DNA of 64,000 nucleotides from Escherichia coli (GTDB lineage Bacteria; Pseudomonadota; Gammaproteobacteria; Enterobacterales; Enterobacteriaceae): NCBI RefSeq assembly GCF_030384885.1, contig NZ_CP128613.1; one strand, 5' to 3'. Shown piece by piece: positions 37,606 to 50,989 of this stretch (position 1 is its first letter; each line of letters starts with the position of its first letter). The notes under the pieces were generated by a model. It saw only the letters and a program-made list of their open reading frames with translations, ran no database searches and was not told where the DNA came from. The position numbers and the translations under genes were made by a program.

Positions 37606-37872
37606 ATGGAATGGCTGGTCAAAAAATCGTGCTGCGATAAACAAGATAACAGACATGTACTTATGCTCTGCGATGCTGGCGGCGCGATAAAAATGATCGC
37701 CGAAGTGAAGAGTGACTTCGCCGTGAAAGTGGGCGATTTACTCTCCCCTTTGCAGAATGCGCTTTACTGTATTAATCGTGAAAAGCTACATACGGTGAAA
37801 GTCCTCTCTGCATGCAGCTACAGCCCCGATGAGTGGGAACGGCAGAGTCAATCGGCTGAGAAAACTCAGTAA
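37606..37872 (+). CDS. pmrD: PmrD connector protein (88 aa)
   Basis: [14 protein letters not shown]...; small ORF between menE and arnF; ORF track starts at 37576. Confidence 0.85.
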   Translation: MEWLVKKSCCDKQDNRHVLMLCDAGGAIKMIAEVKSDFAVKVGDLLSPLQNALYCINREKLHTVKVLSACSYSPDEWERQSQSAEKTQ

Positions 37873-38252
37873 CGTTGTTTTGTCGTGGGCAGGAAAATCA
37901 GCGTCAACCCACTCATAATACAGGCTACTCCCAGTAGTGCCTTCAGCGAAAAAGTTCCTTCCCAGCCGGGAAGTACCATTGAAGCAATCCATACCAGCAC
38001 ATAACTCATACTGAGCAAGGCATAGGCTTTGCTTAGTGCAAGTTTATGTAGCGTTTTATACCAACAAAAAACGGAAAGCAGATAACCCAGCAGCCCGAGT
38101 AACAGTATCCGGGCATCCAGCCCAAAAGCTAACAGCGCCGCGATAAAATCCCATAAGTGCGTCATCGGCGGTAGATGACTCGCCGCATAACCCAGGCTTA
38201 ATTGCGCAGCTGAGGCAATAATGACGCTGAATAATCCCCACATCAGGCCCAT
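37866..38252 (-). CDS. arnF: Undecaprenyl-phosphate-aminoarabinose flippase subunit ArnF (128 aa)
   Basis: 128-aa four-helix membrane protein starting [10 protein letters not shown]; the ORF track merges it into a longer 222-aa frame. Confidence 0.8.
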   Translation of the reverse strand: MGLMWGLFSVIIASAAQLSLGYAASHLPPMTHLWDFIAALLAFGLDARILLLGLLGYLLSVFCWYKTLHKLALSKAYALLSMSYVLVWIASMVLPGWEGTFSLKALLGVACIMSGLTLIFLPTTKQRY

Positions 38253-38587
38253 TACACCGTACTCCCGAGGATCACAATGCCGCCAATAATGAATGCCACC
38301 CCACACCAGTGACGCAGTGATACCGGCTCGTGCCACAGTTTTACTGCAGCCAGCGTCACCCAGACAAAATTCAGACTTAACATCGGGTAGGCAATGCCTA
38401 CCGGTACGTTCTGCAAGACCAGCAGCCAGAGCACCATGGCAAGACCAAGACAAGCCAGCGCCAGTCCCAGCCACAGCACGATATGTTTGCGCCGTTTGTT
38501 TATCGCCACAAAGCAGGTTGCTTGTTTCTGACACAACTGCCCGGCAACGCTAAGCAAGCTGGCAAAGACTAATGTTAGCCAGATCAT
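38252..38587 (-). CDS. arnE: Flippase subunit ArnE (111 aa)
   Basis: 111-aa small-multidrug-resistance-like membrane protein. Confidence 0.85.
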   Translation of the reverse strand: MIWLTLVFASLLSVAGQLCQKQATCFVAINKRRKHIVLWLGLALACLGLAMVLWLLVLQNVPVGIAYPMLSLNFVWVTLAAVKLWHEPVSLRHWCGVAFIIGGIVILGSTV

Positions 38588-40236
38588 TTGGGCCGATACT
38601 GAATCAGCACCAGACGCTCCTGACGATCGATGGCATCTGCGGGCGGAATGGCGAGACTGTTGACATCTTCATCGCGGTCAACCGAAAGCACGAGTGTAAT
38701 AATCCCCTCCTGACGATGTTGATTAAGCCAGTTTGCGAACTCATCACCGCTGACAAATCTCCCTTTCGCATCCGGATAATTTAGGCCGTATTTCAATTCC
38801 CCTGTCTGGCGATACATGATGATGTCATCACGTCTCAGGCTCCATGCCAGACCAGCAGCAACGCCGACGCTATCGGTAAGAATATAGCGGCTTGGCTGCA
38901 GTGATTCTTGTGTCGTCTCGACAAAAAATTGCGGATGTTTTCCTTCCATGACTCTGTCAGGAATTGAAAATCCTACCAGCAACGCCAGCCCAAGCGGGCA
39001 AAGTGCGGCAAAAGACCAGGTCTTTTCGACGTTAGTTAAGGTGTACCAGCCGAAAAATGCCCATAGCGAAAAAATCGACCATGCACAGAAGACTTTATAG
39101 CTCTCGAAGGTTTGCCACACCGGCGTGCTCATAGGTCCCCAGGGGGAGACCACAAACGTAGCAATAATGCCAGTGACGCCAAAAGCGATGTTAATCCAGC
39201 CATTCATCCGCAACGCCAGAGGATTATTTTTTACCGCCAGCAAAGCGTAATGCGCTATCAGCATCGCTAATGGTGCAAAGCAGGAAAGAATATAGGTGGG
39301 TAATTTGCCTTTGGCGACAGAGAAAAACAGCAGCGGCATTACCGTCCAGCTCAACAAATAGACGGTTGCGGAATGCTTGCGGTTTTTCCAGCCAGCATAC
39401 AGTGCACCGGGGAGTAATCCTAACCACGGCAGGCTACCGGCAATGATGACCGGCAAGTAGTACCAGAACGGAGCTCTATGCTGAGCATCATCCATTGCAA
39501 AGCGTTGAATATGCTCAACCCAGAAAAAATAGTGCCAGAAGTCAGGCTCCCGCTGCGCTATCGCCAGTCCCCAGGGGAGAACCGTCAGTACGCAACTGAT
39601 AACTGCCAGCCAGCCGTAAATAAAGAGATCTTTCCAGCGCTTTTGCGCCGCTACCCACGGCAGTACGCTTAATACCGGCACGGCAAGGGCGAGAAAACCT
39701 TTGGTCATCACCCCCATGCCGCAGGTGATTCCCAGCAGTAAAAATCCCGCGCTTTTGCCTTTCCACGTCTGTGCCTGCATTGCCAGCCAGAAGCTGCACA
39801 TTCCCGCCACCAGCCAGAATGCAATAAACGGATCGAGCACGGCATAAGTGCCAATGGCATAGACAATAAACAGTGAGAGATAAATCACTGCGGCGAGTAG
39901 AGCCAGACGTTTATCGCGCCATAAGCGCAGAGTAAACCAGGTCACCAGCGCGGCAGTTAACAGGGTCGCAAAGATAACGCCTGCCCGCACACCAAAGTTA
40001 TTTGCGCCAAATAGCCATTGCCCAATACTGTTAATCCAGTATCCGGCAATGGGTTTTTCGAAATAACGTAGCCCTAACATATGGGGCACAATCCAGTCGC
40101 CGGATGCCAGCATTTCCCGACTGATTTCCGCATAACGCGTTTCATCTGGTTGCCAGAGCAGACGCGTGCTGATCGGTAACAGGTAATAGCAGGCAATAAA
40201 CGCGAAGAGGCCGATAAGGTAACGTACCGATTTCAT
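38584..40236 (-). CDS. arnT: Lipid A 4-amino-4-deoxy-L-arabinose transferase ArnT
   Basis: 550-aa polytopic membrane glycosyltransferase. Confidence 0.95.
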   Translation of the reverse strand: MKSVRYLIGLFAFIACYYLLPISTRLLWQPDETRYAEISREMLASGDWIVPHMLGLRYFEKPIAGYWINSIGQWLFGANNFGVRAGVIFATLLTAALVTWFTLRLWRDKRLALLAAVIYLSLFIVYAIGTYAVLDPFIAFWLVAGMCSFWLAMQAQTWKGKSAGFLLLGITCGMGVMTKGFLALAVPVLSVLPWVAAQKRWKDLFIYGWLAVISCVLTVLPWGLAIAQREPDFWHYFFWVEHIQRFAMDDAQHRAPFWYYLPVIIAGSLPWLGLLPGALYAGWKNRKHSATVYLLSWTVMPLLFFSVAKGKLPTYILSCFAPLAMLIAHYALLAVKNNPLALRMNGWINIAFGVTGIIATFVVSPWGPMSTPVWQTFESYKVFCAWSIFSLWAFFGWYTLTNVEKTWSFAALCPLGLALLVGFSIPDRVMEGKHPQFFVETTQESLQPSRYILTDSVGVAAGLAWSLRRDDIIMYRQTGELKYGLNYPDAKGRFVSGDEFANWLNQHRQEGIITLVLSVDRDEDVNSLAIPPADAIDRQERLVLIQYRPK

Positions 40237-41126
40237 CAGCGACTACCTGCAATTTGTTGGCAACCCAGCCAGCCTTCACGTCCGGCAATATTTCCGCGAA
40301 CAACTTGTCCGAGCGGCAACGTCCCTGATAACAGTTCGCTTAAAGGGCAAAATGTCACGCCTTCCTGGGCTGCGCGTTTCAGGAGATCCACAAAATTATG
40401 CTGATAAGCGCAGCCTTCAACTTCTGCATGAATGGTATAAACCGGCGTGCCTTTATCTCGCAGGATGCGGTTGAGTAACCAACCGTTAAAATCTTCAGCT
40501 TTCACATCCCGACCAATCACTTCATCCCAGGTGGGTAAGGTCACCGGAATTTGCGCCGTGCCGGGTTTTCCTGTTTCGAGCAATGGACGAAACGGCATCG
40601 CCCCACGACAATCGCTGTTGTAGCGCAAATGGAACGCTTCTTTTGCTTCGATCACCTGCTGGTCGGCACGCCAGCCAGCGGCTGCGGAGCAGGTTACCGG
40701 TTGGCCGATAATTTCTTCCAGGGTGCGAAGGCCGCGTGCGATATCGTCGACCATTGTTTGCCGATCCCAGTTACCGCTATGGGCTTGCCAGGCATGGTGA
40801 TCCCAGGCGTGCAGGCCGACTTCGTGATGTTTAGCCGCTTCACGAATGATATCGGCATTGGCATGACCAATCTCTTTACCTGGCCAAGCCGTACCTGCCA
40901 GTAAAATATCCCAGCCATAAAGCGATGCCGCGTTTGAGCGCAGCATCTTCCACAAAAACTGTGGCTTCACCAGTCGCCAGAGATGGCGGCCCATATTGTC
41001 CGGGCCGACGCTGAAAAAAATGCTGGCCTGAATATTATGCTTACTCAAGATTTCCAGCAGACGCGGCACGCCTTCACGGGTGCCACGAAAGGTATCGACA
41101 TCAATGCGTAAGCCTACTTTTGTCAT
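40236..41126 (-). CDS. arnD: Deformylase ArnD
   Basis: 296 aa, polysaccharide-deacetylase-like. Confidence 0.9.
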   Translation of the reverse strand: MTKVGLRIDVDTFRGTREGVPRLLEILSKHNIQASIFFSVGPDNMGRHLWRLVKPQFLWKMLRSNAASLYGWDILLAGTAWPGKEIGHANADIIREAAKHHEVGLHAWDHHAWQAHSGNWDRQTMVDDIARGLRTLEEIIGQPVTCSAAAGWRADQQVIEAKEAFHLRYNSDCRGAMPFRPLLETGKPGTAQIPVTLPTWDEVIGRDVKAEDFNGWLLNRILRDKGTPVYTIHAEVEGCAYQHNFVDLLKRAAQEGVTFCPLSELLSGTLPLGQVVRGNIAGREGWLGCQQIAGSR

Positions 41127-43104
41127 GATGGTTTATCCGTAAGCTCGACGGTGCGCAAGAAGAAATCCAGCGTTTCGTCGATGGTTTCCTGCATATCAAT
41201 TTTGGGTTCCCAGTCCAGGCAGCGGCGGGCATTACGGATGCTTGGTTTACGATGCTCTACGTCCTGATATCCCTTGCCGTAGTAGCTGCTACTTTCGACA
41301 ACGCGAAAGCCCGCAAACGGTGGGAAGTGATGGCGCAGCGGATGTTTTTCGAAGCTCGCCAGCAGCATCTCGCCCAGTTCCTCAATGCTCGCTTCGTTAT
41401 CAGGATTGCCAATGTTGATAATTTCGCCGTCGCAGCGATTGCCTGCATTTTCGATAATGCGATACAACGCTTCAATGCCATCCCGGATATCAGTAAAGCA
41501 GCGTTTTTGTTTTCCGCCATCAATCAGCTTAATCGGTGAACCTTCCACCAGGTTGAGAATGAGTTGCGTAATAGCGCGGGAGCTGCCAATTCGCGCTGCA
41601 TTAAGGTTATCCAGTCGTGGCCCCATCCAGTTAAACGGGCGGAAGAGGGTAAACTGTAAACCCTCTTTTTCGCCATAGGCCCAGATCACTCGATCAAGTA
41701 ATTGTTTAGACACCGAATAAATCCAGCGTGGTTTATTCACCGGGCCGACGATTAAATTAGAATGGTCTTCATCGAAGTATTTATCGCTACACATCCCATA
41801 AACTTCTGAAGTCGACGGGAAGATGATTCGCTTACGGTACTTCACGCAGTAGCGGATAATGCGCAGATTCTCTTCAAAATCGAGTTCAAAGACGCGCAGC
41901 GGGTTGCGGGTATATTCAATCGGCGTGGCTATTGCCACCAGCGGCAAGACGACATCACATTTTTTGACGTGATATTCAATCCATTCGGAATGGATACTGA
42001 TATCGCCTTCGACAAAGTGAAAATGCGGATGATTCAGAAAACGGCTTATCGCATCGCTGCCGATATCCAGACCGTAAACTTCATAATGATCTTCGCGCAG
42101 CAGGCGTTCTGTCAGATGGTTGCCAATAAAGCCATTCACCCCGAGGATGAGTACCCGAGTACGGCGTCGGGCGGTGCAGGCAGGCTGGCTATTCAAGCGT
42201 GAACCTTGCACCAGACCCAGCGACTGCGCTAACTGCGAGCCTTGCATAGTAATGCCGTCTCCCGCCTGTCCGGTGACGATTTCCAGCGCGCCATCGCCAC
42301 AGGCAATCAGCAGTGGCGCAACAGAAATCACGCTCCCCGGTTGTGCTGCGGGCGCATGAGAATGCACGCGTGACGACCAGACGGTAAATTTTTGATTACC
42401 AACATAGCTGAAGGCACCCGGCCACGGATCGGCGACGGCACGCACCATGTTATGCAATACTGCTGCCGGTTTATGCCACTCGAGGAAGCTGTCTTCTGGC
42501 GTTCTGCGACCAAAACAGGTGGCTTCGTTTTCGCGCTGGGCGATTTCCAGAATATTACCGTGTTTAATGGCGGGTAATGTCTGCTCCAGTAGCTGGCGCG
42601 CGGCATGGCATAACTTGTGATGAAGCGTAATGGCGATATCGTCTGGCGCAATGGCAATGCGCAATTGGGCCACAATGGCCCCAGCATCGGCACGTTTCAC
42701 CATTCGGTGCAATGTCACGCCAGTTTCCGTTTCACCGTTCACCAGCACCCAGTTCAGCGGCGCGCGACCACGATATTTTGGTAACAGCGAACCATGCAGA
42801 TTAAATGCGCCTGCAGGGGCGAGCTGCAAAATCTCGTCGTGAATAAGATGGCGATAATAAAACGAGAAAATCACCTCCGGCGACATTTGGGCAATGCGTT
42901 CCACCCACAGCGGATGATTAACGTTATCCGGCGCATAAACCGGAATGCCTCTTTCCGCCGCCAGACGAGCTACCGAACCATAAAAGGCTTTTTCACAGGG
43001 ATTATCACTATGAGTAAAAATAGCGCTAATTTCGTAACCGGCAGCCAGCAGGGCTTCAATACCGAGGCATCCCATATCGTGGTAGGCAAAAACGACGGTT
43101 TTCA

Positions 43105-43105
<1 letters not shown>
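41123..43105 (-). CDS. arnA: Bifunctional UDP-glucuronate decarboxylase / formyltransferase ArnA
   Basis: 660 aa; N-terminal formyltransferase half and C-terminal SDR half with [10 protein letters not shown] Rossmann motif. Confidence 0.95.
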
Positions 43106-44076
<971 letters not shown>

Positions 44077-45249
44077 TTATTGTCCTGCGAGTTGCTGAAG
44101 GGCTGTGATGACGCGGACGGCATCGGCGGTGGTCATATCCGGGAACAGCGGCAACGAACAGATGCGTTCGCTATTCCATTCGGTATTCGGTAACGACAGC
44201 TCGGGAAAACGCTCGCGATAATATTTTTGTGTGTGAGCGGCGCGGAAATGTAACCCGGTACCAATGCCTCTTTCTTTTAACGTTCCCATCAACGCATCGC
44301 GACTGATACCACAACGTTGTTCATCGACACGAATAATAAACAGATGCCAGGCGTGAACGTGCGGCCAGGCGGGAAGGCTTAATGGCTCAAAGGGGAGAGC
44401 TGCCAGAGCTTGCTGATATTGCAGAGCAATTTCGCGCCGACGGGTGTTGAGGTGCTCTAATTTGGCTAACTGGGTCAGGGCAATCGCGGCGTTAATATCG
44501 GTCAGATTATACTTATAGCCCGGCGTTAAGACTTCAGCTTGCGGTGCACGGCCCCAGGTTTGTCTGTCATATGCATCGACACCCAGACCGTGAAATTTCA
44601 GCATCCGTAGCTGGCGGGCAAGGTTTTCATTATCAGTAACAATCAGGCCACCTTCCGCACAGGTAATATTTTTGATGGCGTGAAACGAAAAAATAGCGGT
44701 ACCTTTTGCGCCAATATGTCGGCCTTTGTAATACGTACCGACGGCATGGGCAGCATCTTCGATAACTGCGATGCCGTAACGTTCGCCAATGGCGCGAATG
44801 GCGTCAATATCTGCTGGCGCACCGGCATAATGCACCGGAATGATGGCTTTAGTGCGTGGCGTAATGGCTGCTTCGATCGTTTCAGGCGTGACCATCAGCG
44901 TATCGCGGTCGACATCCACCATTACCGGCGTTGCACCCAACAAGGAGATCATATTGAGGGTTGAAACCCAGGTCAGGGAAGGCGTAATCACTTCATCGCC
45001 CTTGCCAATTTCCAACGCCATTAGCGTGATATGCATTCCGGCGGTGGCTGAACTGACCGCGATGGCATGCTGATTTCCCGTCAACTGGCAAAAGGCTTGT
45101 TCAAGCGCTTGATTCTTCGGACCTGTAGTGATCCAACCAGATTCGAGAACCTCTTTAACTGCAGCGACTTCCTCCTCGCCCATTGCTGGTCGCGAAAAAG
45201 GCAAAAATTCTGACATTGTTTTTCCATCCGTCGTTGAATACTTTTCCAC
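44077..45249 (-). CDS. arnB: UDP-4-amino-4-deoxy-L-arabinose aminotransferase ArnB (PLP-dependent)
   Basis: ORF 390 aa; start may be the internal [10 protein letters not shown] at about 45216; DegT/ArnB-type aminotransferase. Confidence 0.9.
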   Translation of the reverse strand: MEKYSTTDGKTMSEFLPFSRPAMGEEEVAAVKEVLESGWITTGPKNQALEQAFCQLTGNQHAIAVSSATAGMHITLMALEIGKGDEVITPSLTWVSTLNMISLLGATPVMVDVDRDTLMVTPETIEAAITPRTKAIIPVHYAGAPADIDAIRAIGERYGIAVIEDAAHAVGTYYKGRHIGAKGTAIFSFHAIKNITCAEGGLIVTDNENLARQLRMLKFHGLGVDAYDRQTWGRAPQAEVLTPGYKYNLTDINAAIALTQLAKLEHLNTRRREIALQYQQALAALPFEPLSLPAWPHVHAWHLFIIRVDEQRCGISRDALMGTLKERGIGTGLHFRAAHTQKYYRERFPELSLPNTEWNSERICSLPLFPDMTTADAVRVITALQQLAGQ

Positions 45250-45314
45250 TTATATTTGCCATAAAGAGTGTTGTGTATATTTTGCCATTTGGAGCGAAAT
45301 TCTAAGGATAGAAT

Positions 45315-45331
45315 ATTAACTTAACCTTAAG
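45315..45331 (-). promoter_or_regulatory. Putative PmrA (BasR) box upstream of arnB
   Basis: Minus strand reads CTTAAG-gttaa-GTTAAT, two hexamer half-sites with 5-bp spacing, about 70-100 bp upstream of the arnB start. Confidence 0.5.
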
Positions 45332-45523
45332 AAATTAATATTAGACGTAAATATTGAAATTTTTATATTTTTTCTTATTTAGGCTTTGCATTTGGCAAAA
45401 TTTTGAGGCATTTTGCCGGCATCGTAGGATTTTTAATATTACACCAACTGCTAATTATCGCCAGTAATGTCGCTCAATTTCACGGTAATTGTCTGGTTGC
45501 ACTTGTCTATAGGTGGAGTTTAC

Positions 45524-46126
45524 GTGTTAGCTTTTTGCCGCTCTTCATTGAAGTCAAAAAAATATATCATCATTTTACTGGCGCTCGCTGCAATTGCCGG
45601 ACTGGGTACTCATGCCGCCTGGAGTAGTAATGGTTTGCCACGTATCGACAATAAAACACTGGCCAGACTGGCACAGCAGCACACGGTTGTCATTTTGTTT
45701 CGCCATGCTGAACGTTGCGATCGTTCAGCCAATCAATGCTTGTCAGATAAAACAGGTATTACGGTCAAAGGTACCCAGGATGCCCGTGAACTGGGCAACG
45801 CTTTTAGCGCTGACATCCCTGATTTCGATCTTTATTCCAGTAATACCGTCCGGACCATTCAGTCGGCGACTTGGTTTTCAGCGGGGAAAAAGCTGACGGT
45901 AGATAAACGACTTCTTCAATGCGGTAATGAGATTTATAGTGCAATTAAGGACTTACAAAGCAAAGCACCTGATAAAAATATCGTTATTTTTACCCATAAT
46001 CATTGCCTGACATATATTGCTAAAGATAAGCGTGATGCGACATTTAAACCTGATTATCTGGATGGTTTAGTCATGCATGTAGAAAAAGGCAAAGTTTATC
46101 TGGATGGGGAATTCGTTAACCACTAA
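45524..46126 (+). CDS. ais: Ais, LPS core heptose(II)-phosphate phosphatase (aluminium-inducible), GTG start
   Basis: About 200 aa from [13 protein letters not shown]; histidine-phosphatase RHAER motif ([12 protein letters not shown]); divergent from arnB. Confidence 0.85.
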   Translation: MLAFCRSSLKSKKYIIILLALAAIAGLGTHAAWSSNGLPRIDNKTLARLAQQHTVVILFRHAERCDRSANQCLSDKTGITVKGTQDARELGNAFSADIPDFDLYSSNTVRTIQSATWFSAGKKLTVDKRLLQCGNEIYSAIKDLQSKAPDKNIVIFTHNHCLTYIAKDKRDATFKPDYLDGLVMHVEKGKVYLDGEFVNH

Positions 46127-46164
46127 ATTTTCAATCTGACAGCCAGTAATGGCTGTCATCATTG

Positions 46165-46590
46165 TTACAGAAGACCTTTCAAACGTAACGTTTTTCGGGT
46201 GGCGACATTCAAATCATAATGCACCAGATCTTCAGGTTTTACCCACGCGTAGTCCTGAAACTCTTCGTTTATTTTCACTTCTCGGTTGGTAGACACGCAG
46301 TCAAAAATCAGGTAAATCATATAAATCTCTTCCTTGCGACCATCTGCATACGTCTTGGTGCGAATATCATCGCTGAAGGTCCACGGCGTGATTTCTGTCA
46401 AAAGCAGCTGTTCTCCCAGTTCTTCGCGAATTTCGCGGCGTAGTGCCTCTTCAATTCGTTCGCCAGGCTCCACGCCACCACCCGAAAGCGCCCATTGACC
46501 GGGGAAAACGCCGCGATCGTCGGCCATTTTACACAGCAAATAAGCACCATCATTTTGAATCAAAGGGCAAACAATAGTCCGTTGTCGCAC
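46165..46590 (-). CDS. nudI: Nudix pyrimidine deoxynucleoside-triphosphate diphosphatase NudI
   Basis: 141 aa from a GTG start with an AAGGA RBS; Nudix box [23 protein letters not shown]. Confidence 0.85.
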   Translation of the reverse strand: MRQRTIVCPLIQNDGAYLLCKMADDRGVFPGQWALSGGGVEPGERIEEALRREIREELGEQLLLTEITPWTFSDDIRTKTYADGRKEEIYMIYLIFDCVSTNREVKINEEFQDYAWVKPEDLVHYDLNVATRKTLRLKGLL

Positions 46591-46866
46591 GGGGATATTC
46601 CTTATAAATAAAAAGAAACCATGAGAATACGGTAACTCAGAAATATGTGAAAGTGACAGTAATTTCTTTTGCGATGATAACTGCACTTATTATTATTTTT
46701 GTGTGTATCGGTAAAGTGTGTTTATTTTTTCGGCGTTTAATTATTTAAGAAGTATTTAGTTACAATAAGTGACTAGAACCCTTTTTCGCTCATTGAATCC
46801 TCAGCGCCAGGCAGTACAATCCCGCAGCTTTGGAATTTTGATTTATTGCTTGTGGGAGAGGGGAAA

Positions 46867-47409
46867 ATGAAAAAAATTGCGCTAGCAGGTCTGGCTGGAA
46901 TGCTGTTGGTTTCTGCATCGGTCAATGCAATGAGTATCAGCGGTCAGGCGGGTAAAGAATACACCAATATTGGTGTCGGTTTTGGTACGGAATCGACGGG
47001 CCTGGCGTTAAGCGGTAACTGGACACATAACGACGACGACGGTGACGTCGCGGGTGTGGGGCTGGGGTTGAATCTGCCTCTCGGGCCGTTAATGGCGACC
47101 GTTGGCGGAAAAGGCGTTTACACCAACCCGAATTACGGCGATGAAGGTTATGCTGCGGCGGTAGGAGGTGGTTTGCAGTGGAATATTGGCAACAGCTTCC
47201 GTTTGTTTGGCGAGTATTACTACTCTCCAGATTCGCTCTCCAGCGGTATTCAAAGTTATGAGGAAGCGAATGCTGGTGCGCGTTACACCATTATGCGTCC
47301 AGTCAGTATTGAGGCAGGTTATCGCTATCTGAATCTGTCGGGTAAAGATGGTAACCGCGACAACGCCGTGGCTGACGGTCCATATGTTGGCGTTAACGCC
47401 AGTTTCTGA
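46867..47409 (+). CDS. yfaZ: Outer-membrane beta-barrel protein YfaZ
   Basis: 180 aa from MKKIALAGLAGMLLVSASVNA (signal peptide); Gly/Tyr-rich beta-barrel with C-terminal F. Confidence 0.85.
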   Translation: MKKIALAGLAGMLLVSASVNAMSISGQAGKEYTNIGVGFGTESTGLALSGNWTHNDDDGDVAGVGLGLNLPLGPLMATVGGKGVYTNPNYGDEGYAAAVGGGLQWNIGNSFRLFGEYYYSPDSLSSGIQSYEEANAGARYTIMRPVSIEAGYRYLNLSGKDGNRDNAVADGPYVGVNASF

Positions 47410-47508
47410 TGCCTTCCGGCGCGGCATTCTGTCGCGCCATTCAGTTTCTTACTACGCCTTATCTCCCTTTGCGTTATAGTGATTCGATAACAAAAGCAGG
47501 AGATAACC

Positions 47509-48711
47509 ATGTTAACAGTGGAAATGTTATCCACCGGGGATGAAGTGTTACACGGGCAAATCGTTGACACTAACGCTGCCTGGCTGGCCGATTTTTTCTT
47601 TCATCAGGGGTTGCCATTATCTCGCCGTAATACGGTGGGGGATAACCTCGATGACTTAGTGACCATTCTTCGTGAACGTAGTCAGCACGCCGATGTGCTG
47701 ATTGTGAACGGCGGGCTGGGGCCGACCAGTGATGATTTAAGCGCACTCGCCGCTGCGACTGCAAAAGGAGAAGGCCTGGTGCTGCATGAGGCCTGGCTCA
47801 AAGAGATGGAACGTTATTTTCGCGAACGTGGACGGGTGATGGCACCGAGCAACCGTAAACAAGCGGAGCTACCTGCCAGTGCAGAATTTATCAATAACCC
47901 AGTAGGCACCGCCTGTGGTTTTGCCGTGCAGCTTAATCGTTGTCTGATGTTCTTTACCCCCGGCGTACCGTCGGAATTTAAGGTGATGGTCGAGCACGAA
48001 ATCCTGCCGCGCCTGCGCGAACGTTTTTCTTTACCGCAGCCGCCGATTTGTCTGCGTTTGACTACCTTCGGTCGTTCGGAAAGCGATCTGGCGCAAAGCC
48101 TGGACTCCCTGCAATTGCCGCCGGGCGTAACGATGGGCTATCGCTCCTCGATGCCGATAATTGAACTTAAGCTGACCGGACCGGCAAGCGAGCAACAGGC
48201 GATGGAAAAATTGTGGCTGGACGTTAAACGTGTTGCCGGACAGAGCGTGATTTTCGAAGGCACCGAAGGACTGCCCGCGCAGATCAGTCGCGAATTGCAG
48301 AGCCGCCAGTTCAGCCTGACGTTGAGCGAGCAATTCACCGGTGGTTTATTGGCTTTGCAACTTTCTCGCGCAGGTGCTCCATTGCTGGCGTGTGAAGTAG
48401 TTCCTTCACAGGAAGAAACCCTGGCGCAAACTGCGCACTGGATTACAGAACGGCGTGCCAACCATTTTGCCGGGCTGGCACTGGCTGTTTCTGGTTTCGA
48501 GAACGAACATCTCAACTTTGCGCTAGCCTCGCCAGACGGCACTTTCGCTCTGCGTGTGCGTTTCAGCACTACGCGCTACAGCCTGGCTATCCGTCAGGAA
48601 GTGTGCGCAATGATGGCACTGAATATGCTGCGCCGTTGGTTAAACGGTCAGGACATCGCCAGTGAGCATGGCTGGATTGAGGTTGTTGAGTCCATGACTT
48701 TATCTGTCTGA
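47509..48711 (+). CDS. yfaY: CinA-family protein YfaY
   Basis: 400 aa; N-terminal MoaB/CinA-like domain (MLTVEMLSTGDEVLHGQIVDTNAAWLA). Confidence 0.85.
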   Translation: MLTVEMLSTGDEVLHGQIVDTNAAWLADFFFHQGLPLSRRNTVGDNLDDLVTILRERSQHADVLIVNGGLGPTSDDLSALAAATAKGEGLVLHEAWLKEMERYFRERGRVMAPSNRKQAELPASAEFINNPVGTACGFAVQLNRCLMFFTPGVPSEFKVMVEHEILPRLRERFSLPQPPICLRLTTFGRSESDLAQSLDSLQLPPGVTMGYRSSMPIIELKLTGPASEQQAMEKLWLDVKRVAGQSVIFEGTEGLPAQISRELQSRQFSLTLSEQFTGGLLALQLSRAGAPLLACEVVPSQEETLAQTAHWITERRANHFAGLALAVSGFENEHLNFALASPDGTFALRVRFSTTRYSLAIRQEVCAMMALNMLRRWLNGQDIASEHGWIEVVESMTLSV

Positions 48712-48930
48712 TTCCGCCACTCCGTGCCGGTTTACTGCACCGGCACATTCCCCCTCCGGCAAAATTTGTCCAACCTGTTGTACTCAATAAGAAAAAATCC
48801 GTGCGCTGATTCACAAATTTGTGCGTAATTTCTCCAGCCCGCTGGACGAGGTGCGGGATTTGATGCGCTTCACAATTTTACTCCCCCTGAGCAACGAGAC
48901 TGATTCCAGTATCTAAGACTGGAGTCCAGT

Positions 48931-49713
48931 ATGTTGGAATCAAGCAAAGTTCCCGCCCTGACACGGGCTATTGATATTCTCAATTTGATTGCCCGCATTG
49001 GCCCCTGTAGTGCTGCGACGATCATTGACACATTGGGGATCCCTAAAAGCACGGCCTATTTGCTGCTTAATGAACTCAGGCGTCAGCGTTTTCTTAGCCT
49101 TGATCACCAGGAAAATTTTTGTTTGTGGACCAAGCTGGTGGAGCTTTCCGGTCATGCGTTAAGCAAGATGGATCTCCGGGAACTGGCTCGACCGCGTTTG
49201 ACGCAACTGATGGATACCACCGGGCTGTTATGTCACCTGGGGATTATTGATAACGGCAGCGCTTATTACATTTTGAAAGTGGAGTCATCAGCCACTATCA
49301 GCGTGCGTTCCCATGAAGGAAAAAGCCTTTCGCTTTATCGCTCCGGAATAGGTAAATGCCTGCTAGCCTGGCAACCTGCATCTGTACAGCAAAGTATTAT
49401 CGAAGGGCTGGTCTGGGAGCAGGTGACACCCACAACGATTACTCATCCACAGCAACTTCACGAAGAACTGGCGCGTATTCGCCGTCAGGGCTGGAGCTAT
49501 GACAACGGCGAAGATTACGCCGATGTCCGTTGTGTCGCTGCGCCGGTGTTTAACGCCAATAACGAGCTTACCGCTGCGATCTCGGTGGTCGGTACCCGCT
49601 TACAAATCAATGAAGAATACCGTGATTATCTGGCGGGCAAGGCCATTGCCTGCGCCAGGGATATTTCACGTCTGTTGGGATGGAAAAGTCCCTTTGACTT
49701 ACAGGCCTCATAA
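48931..49713 (+). CDS. rhmR: IclR-family regulator RhmR (YfaX)
   Basis: 260 aa; N-terminal HTH plus IclR effector domain; precedes the rhm genes. Confidence 0.85.
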   Translation: MLESSKVPALTRAIDILNLIARIGPCSAATIIDTLGIPKSTAYLLLNELRRQRFLSLDHQENFCLWTKLVELSGHALSKMDLRELARPRLTQLMDTTGLLCHLGIIDNGSAYYILKVESSATISVRSHEGKSLSLYRSGIGKCLLAWQPASVQQSIIEGLVWEQVTPTTITHPQQLHEELARIRRQGWSYDNGEDYADVRCVAAPVFNANNELTAAISVVGTRLQINEEYRDYLAGKAIACARDISRLLGWKSPFDLQAS

Positions 49714-49727
49714 CAATGGAGAACAGC

Positions 49728-50933
49728 ATGACCCTACCAAAAATCAAACAGGTTCGCGCCTGGTTTACTGGCGGTGCGACAGCAGAAAAAGGCGCTGGCG
49801 GCGGTGATTATCACGACCAGGGGGCGAATCACTGGATTGACGATCATATTGCCACCCCGATGAGTAAATACCGCGATTACGAGCAGTCACGCCAGTCATT
49901 TGGCATTAACGTTCTTGGCACGTTGATTGTTGAAGTCGAAGCAGAAAACGGCCAGACCGGATTCGCCGTTTCGACAGCCGGTGAAATGGGCTGTTTTATT
50001 GTCGAAAAACACCTTAACCGTTTCATTGAGGGTAAATGTGTCAGTGATATCAAACTGATCCACGATCAAATGCTCAATGCCACCCTGTATTACTCCGGCT
50101 CTGGTGGCCTGGTGATGAATACGATTTCCTGTGTCGATCTGGCTCTGTGGGATCTGTTCGGCAAAGTGGTCGGGCTTCCGGTTTATAAACTTTTAGGCGG
50201 CGCAGTTCGTGATGAGATTCAGTTCTACGCCACAGGTGCGCGTCCGGATCTGGCAAAAGAGATGGGCTTTATCGGTGGCAAAATGCCGACGCACTGGGGG
50301 CCACATGATGGCGATGCGGGGATCCGCAAAGATGCCGCTATGGTCGCGGATATGCGTGAAAAATGCGGTGAGGATTTCTGGTTAATGCTCGACTGCTGGA
50401 TGAGTCAGGACGTGAACTATGCCACCAAACTGGCCCACGCTTGCGCGCCCTATAACCTGAAATGGATCGAAGAGTGCCTGCCGCCACAGCAGTATGAAGG
50501 TTATCGCGAACTGAAACGCAACGCGCCAGTCGGAATGATGGTCACCAGCGGTGAGCATCACGGCACACTGCAATCTTTCCGTACGCTTTCAGAAACCGGT
50601 ATCGACATTATGCAGCCGGATGTTGGCTGGTGCGGTGGCTTAACCACGCTGGTGGAAATTGCCGCAATCGCCAAATCCAGAGGGCAACTGGTGGTGCCGC
50701 ACGGTTCGTCTGTTTACTCTCACCATGCGGTGATCACCTTCACCAATACGCCATTCAGCGAATTCCTGATGACCAGCCCGGATTGTTCAACGATGCGTCC
50801 GCAATTTGATCCGATTCTGCTTAATGAGCCAGTGCCGGTGAATGGTCGTATTCATAAATCAGTGCTTGATAAACCCGGTTTCGGCGTCGAGCTCAATCGT
50901 GACTGCAATTTGAAACGCCCCTACAGCCACTAA
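49728..50933 (+). CDS. rhmD: L-rhamnonate dehydratase RhmD (enolase superfamily)
   Basis: About 401 aa from [13 protein letters not shown]. Confidence 0.9.
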   Translation: MTLPKIKQVRAWFTGGATAEKGAGGGDYHDQGANHWIDDHIATPMSKYRDYEQSRQSFGINVLGTLIVEVEAENGQTGFAVSTAGEMGCFIVEKHLNRFIEGKCVSDIKLIHDQMLNATLYYSGSGGLVMNTISCVDLALWDLFGKVVGLPVYKLLGGAVRDEIQFYATGARPDLAKEMGFIGGKMPTHWGPHDGDAGIRKDAAMVADMREKCGEDFWLMLDCWMSQDVNYATKLAHACAPYNLKWIEECLPPQQYEGYRELKRNAPVGMMVTSGEHHGTLQSFRTLSETGIDIMQPDVGWCGGLTTLVEIAAIAKSRGQLVVPHGSSVYSHHAVITFTNTPFSEFLMTSPDCSTMRPQFDPILLNEPVPVNGRIHKSVLDKPGFGVELNRDCNLKRPYSH

Positions 50934-50989
50934 TCATTCCGGGCGTTGCTTTGACAACGGTAACGCCCACATATTTTAAGGAGCTTTTT

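Noticed and set aside
48724-48746. Hairpin GTGCCGGT-N7-ACCGGCAC after yfaY as a terminator
   Set aside because: Good stem but no downstream T-tract; too uncertain to list as a feature.
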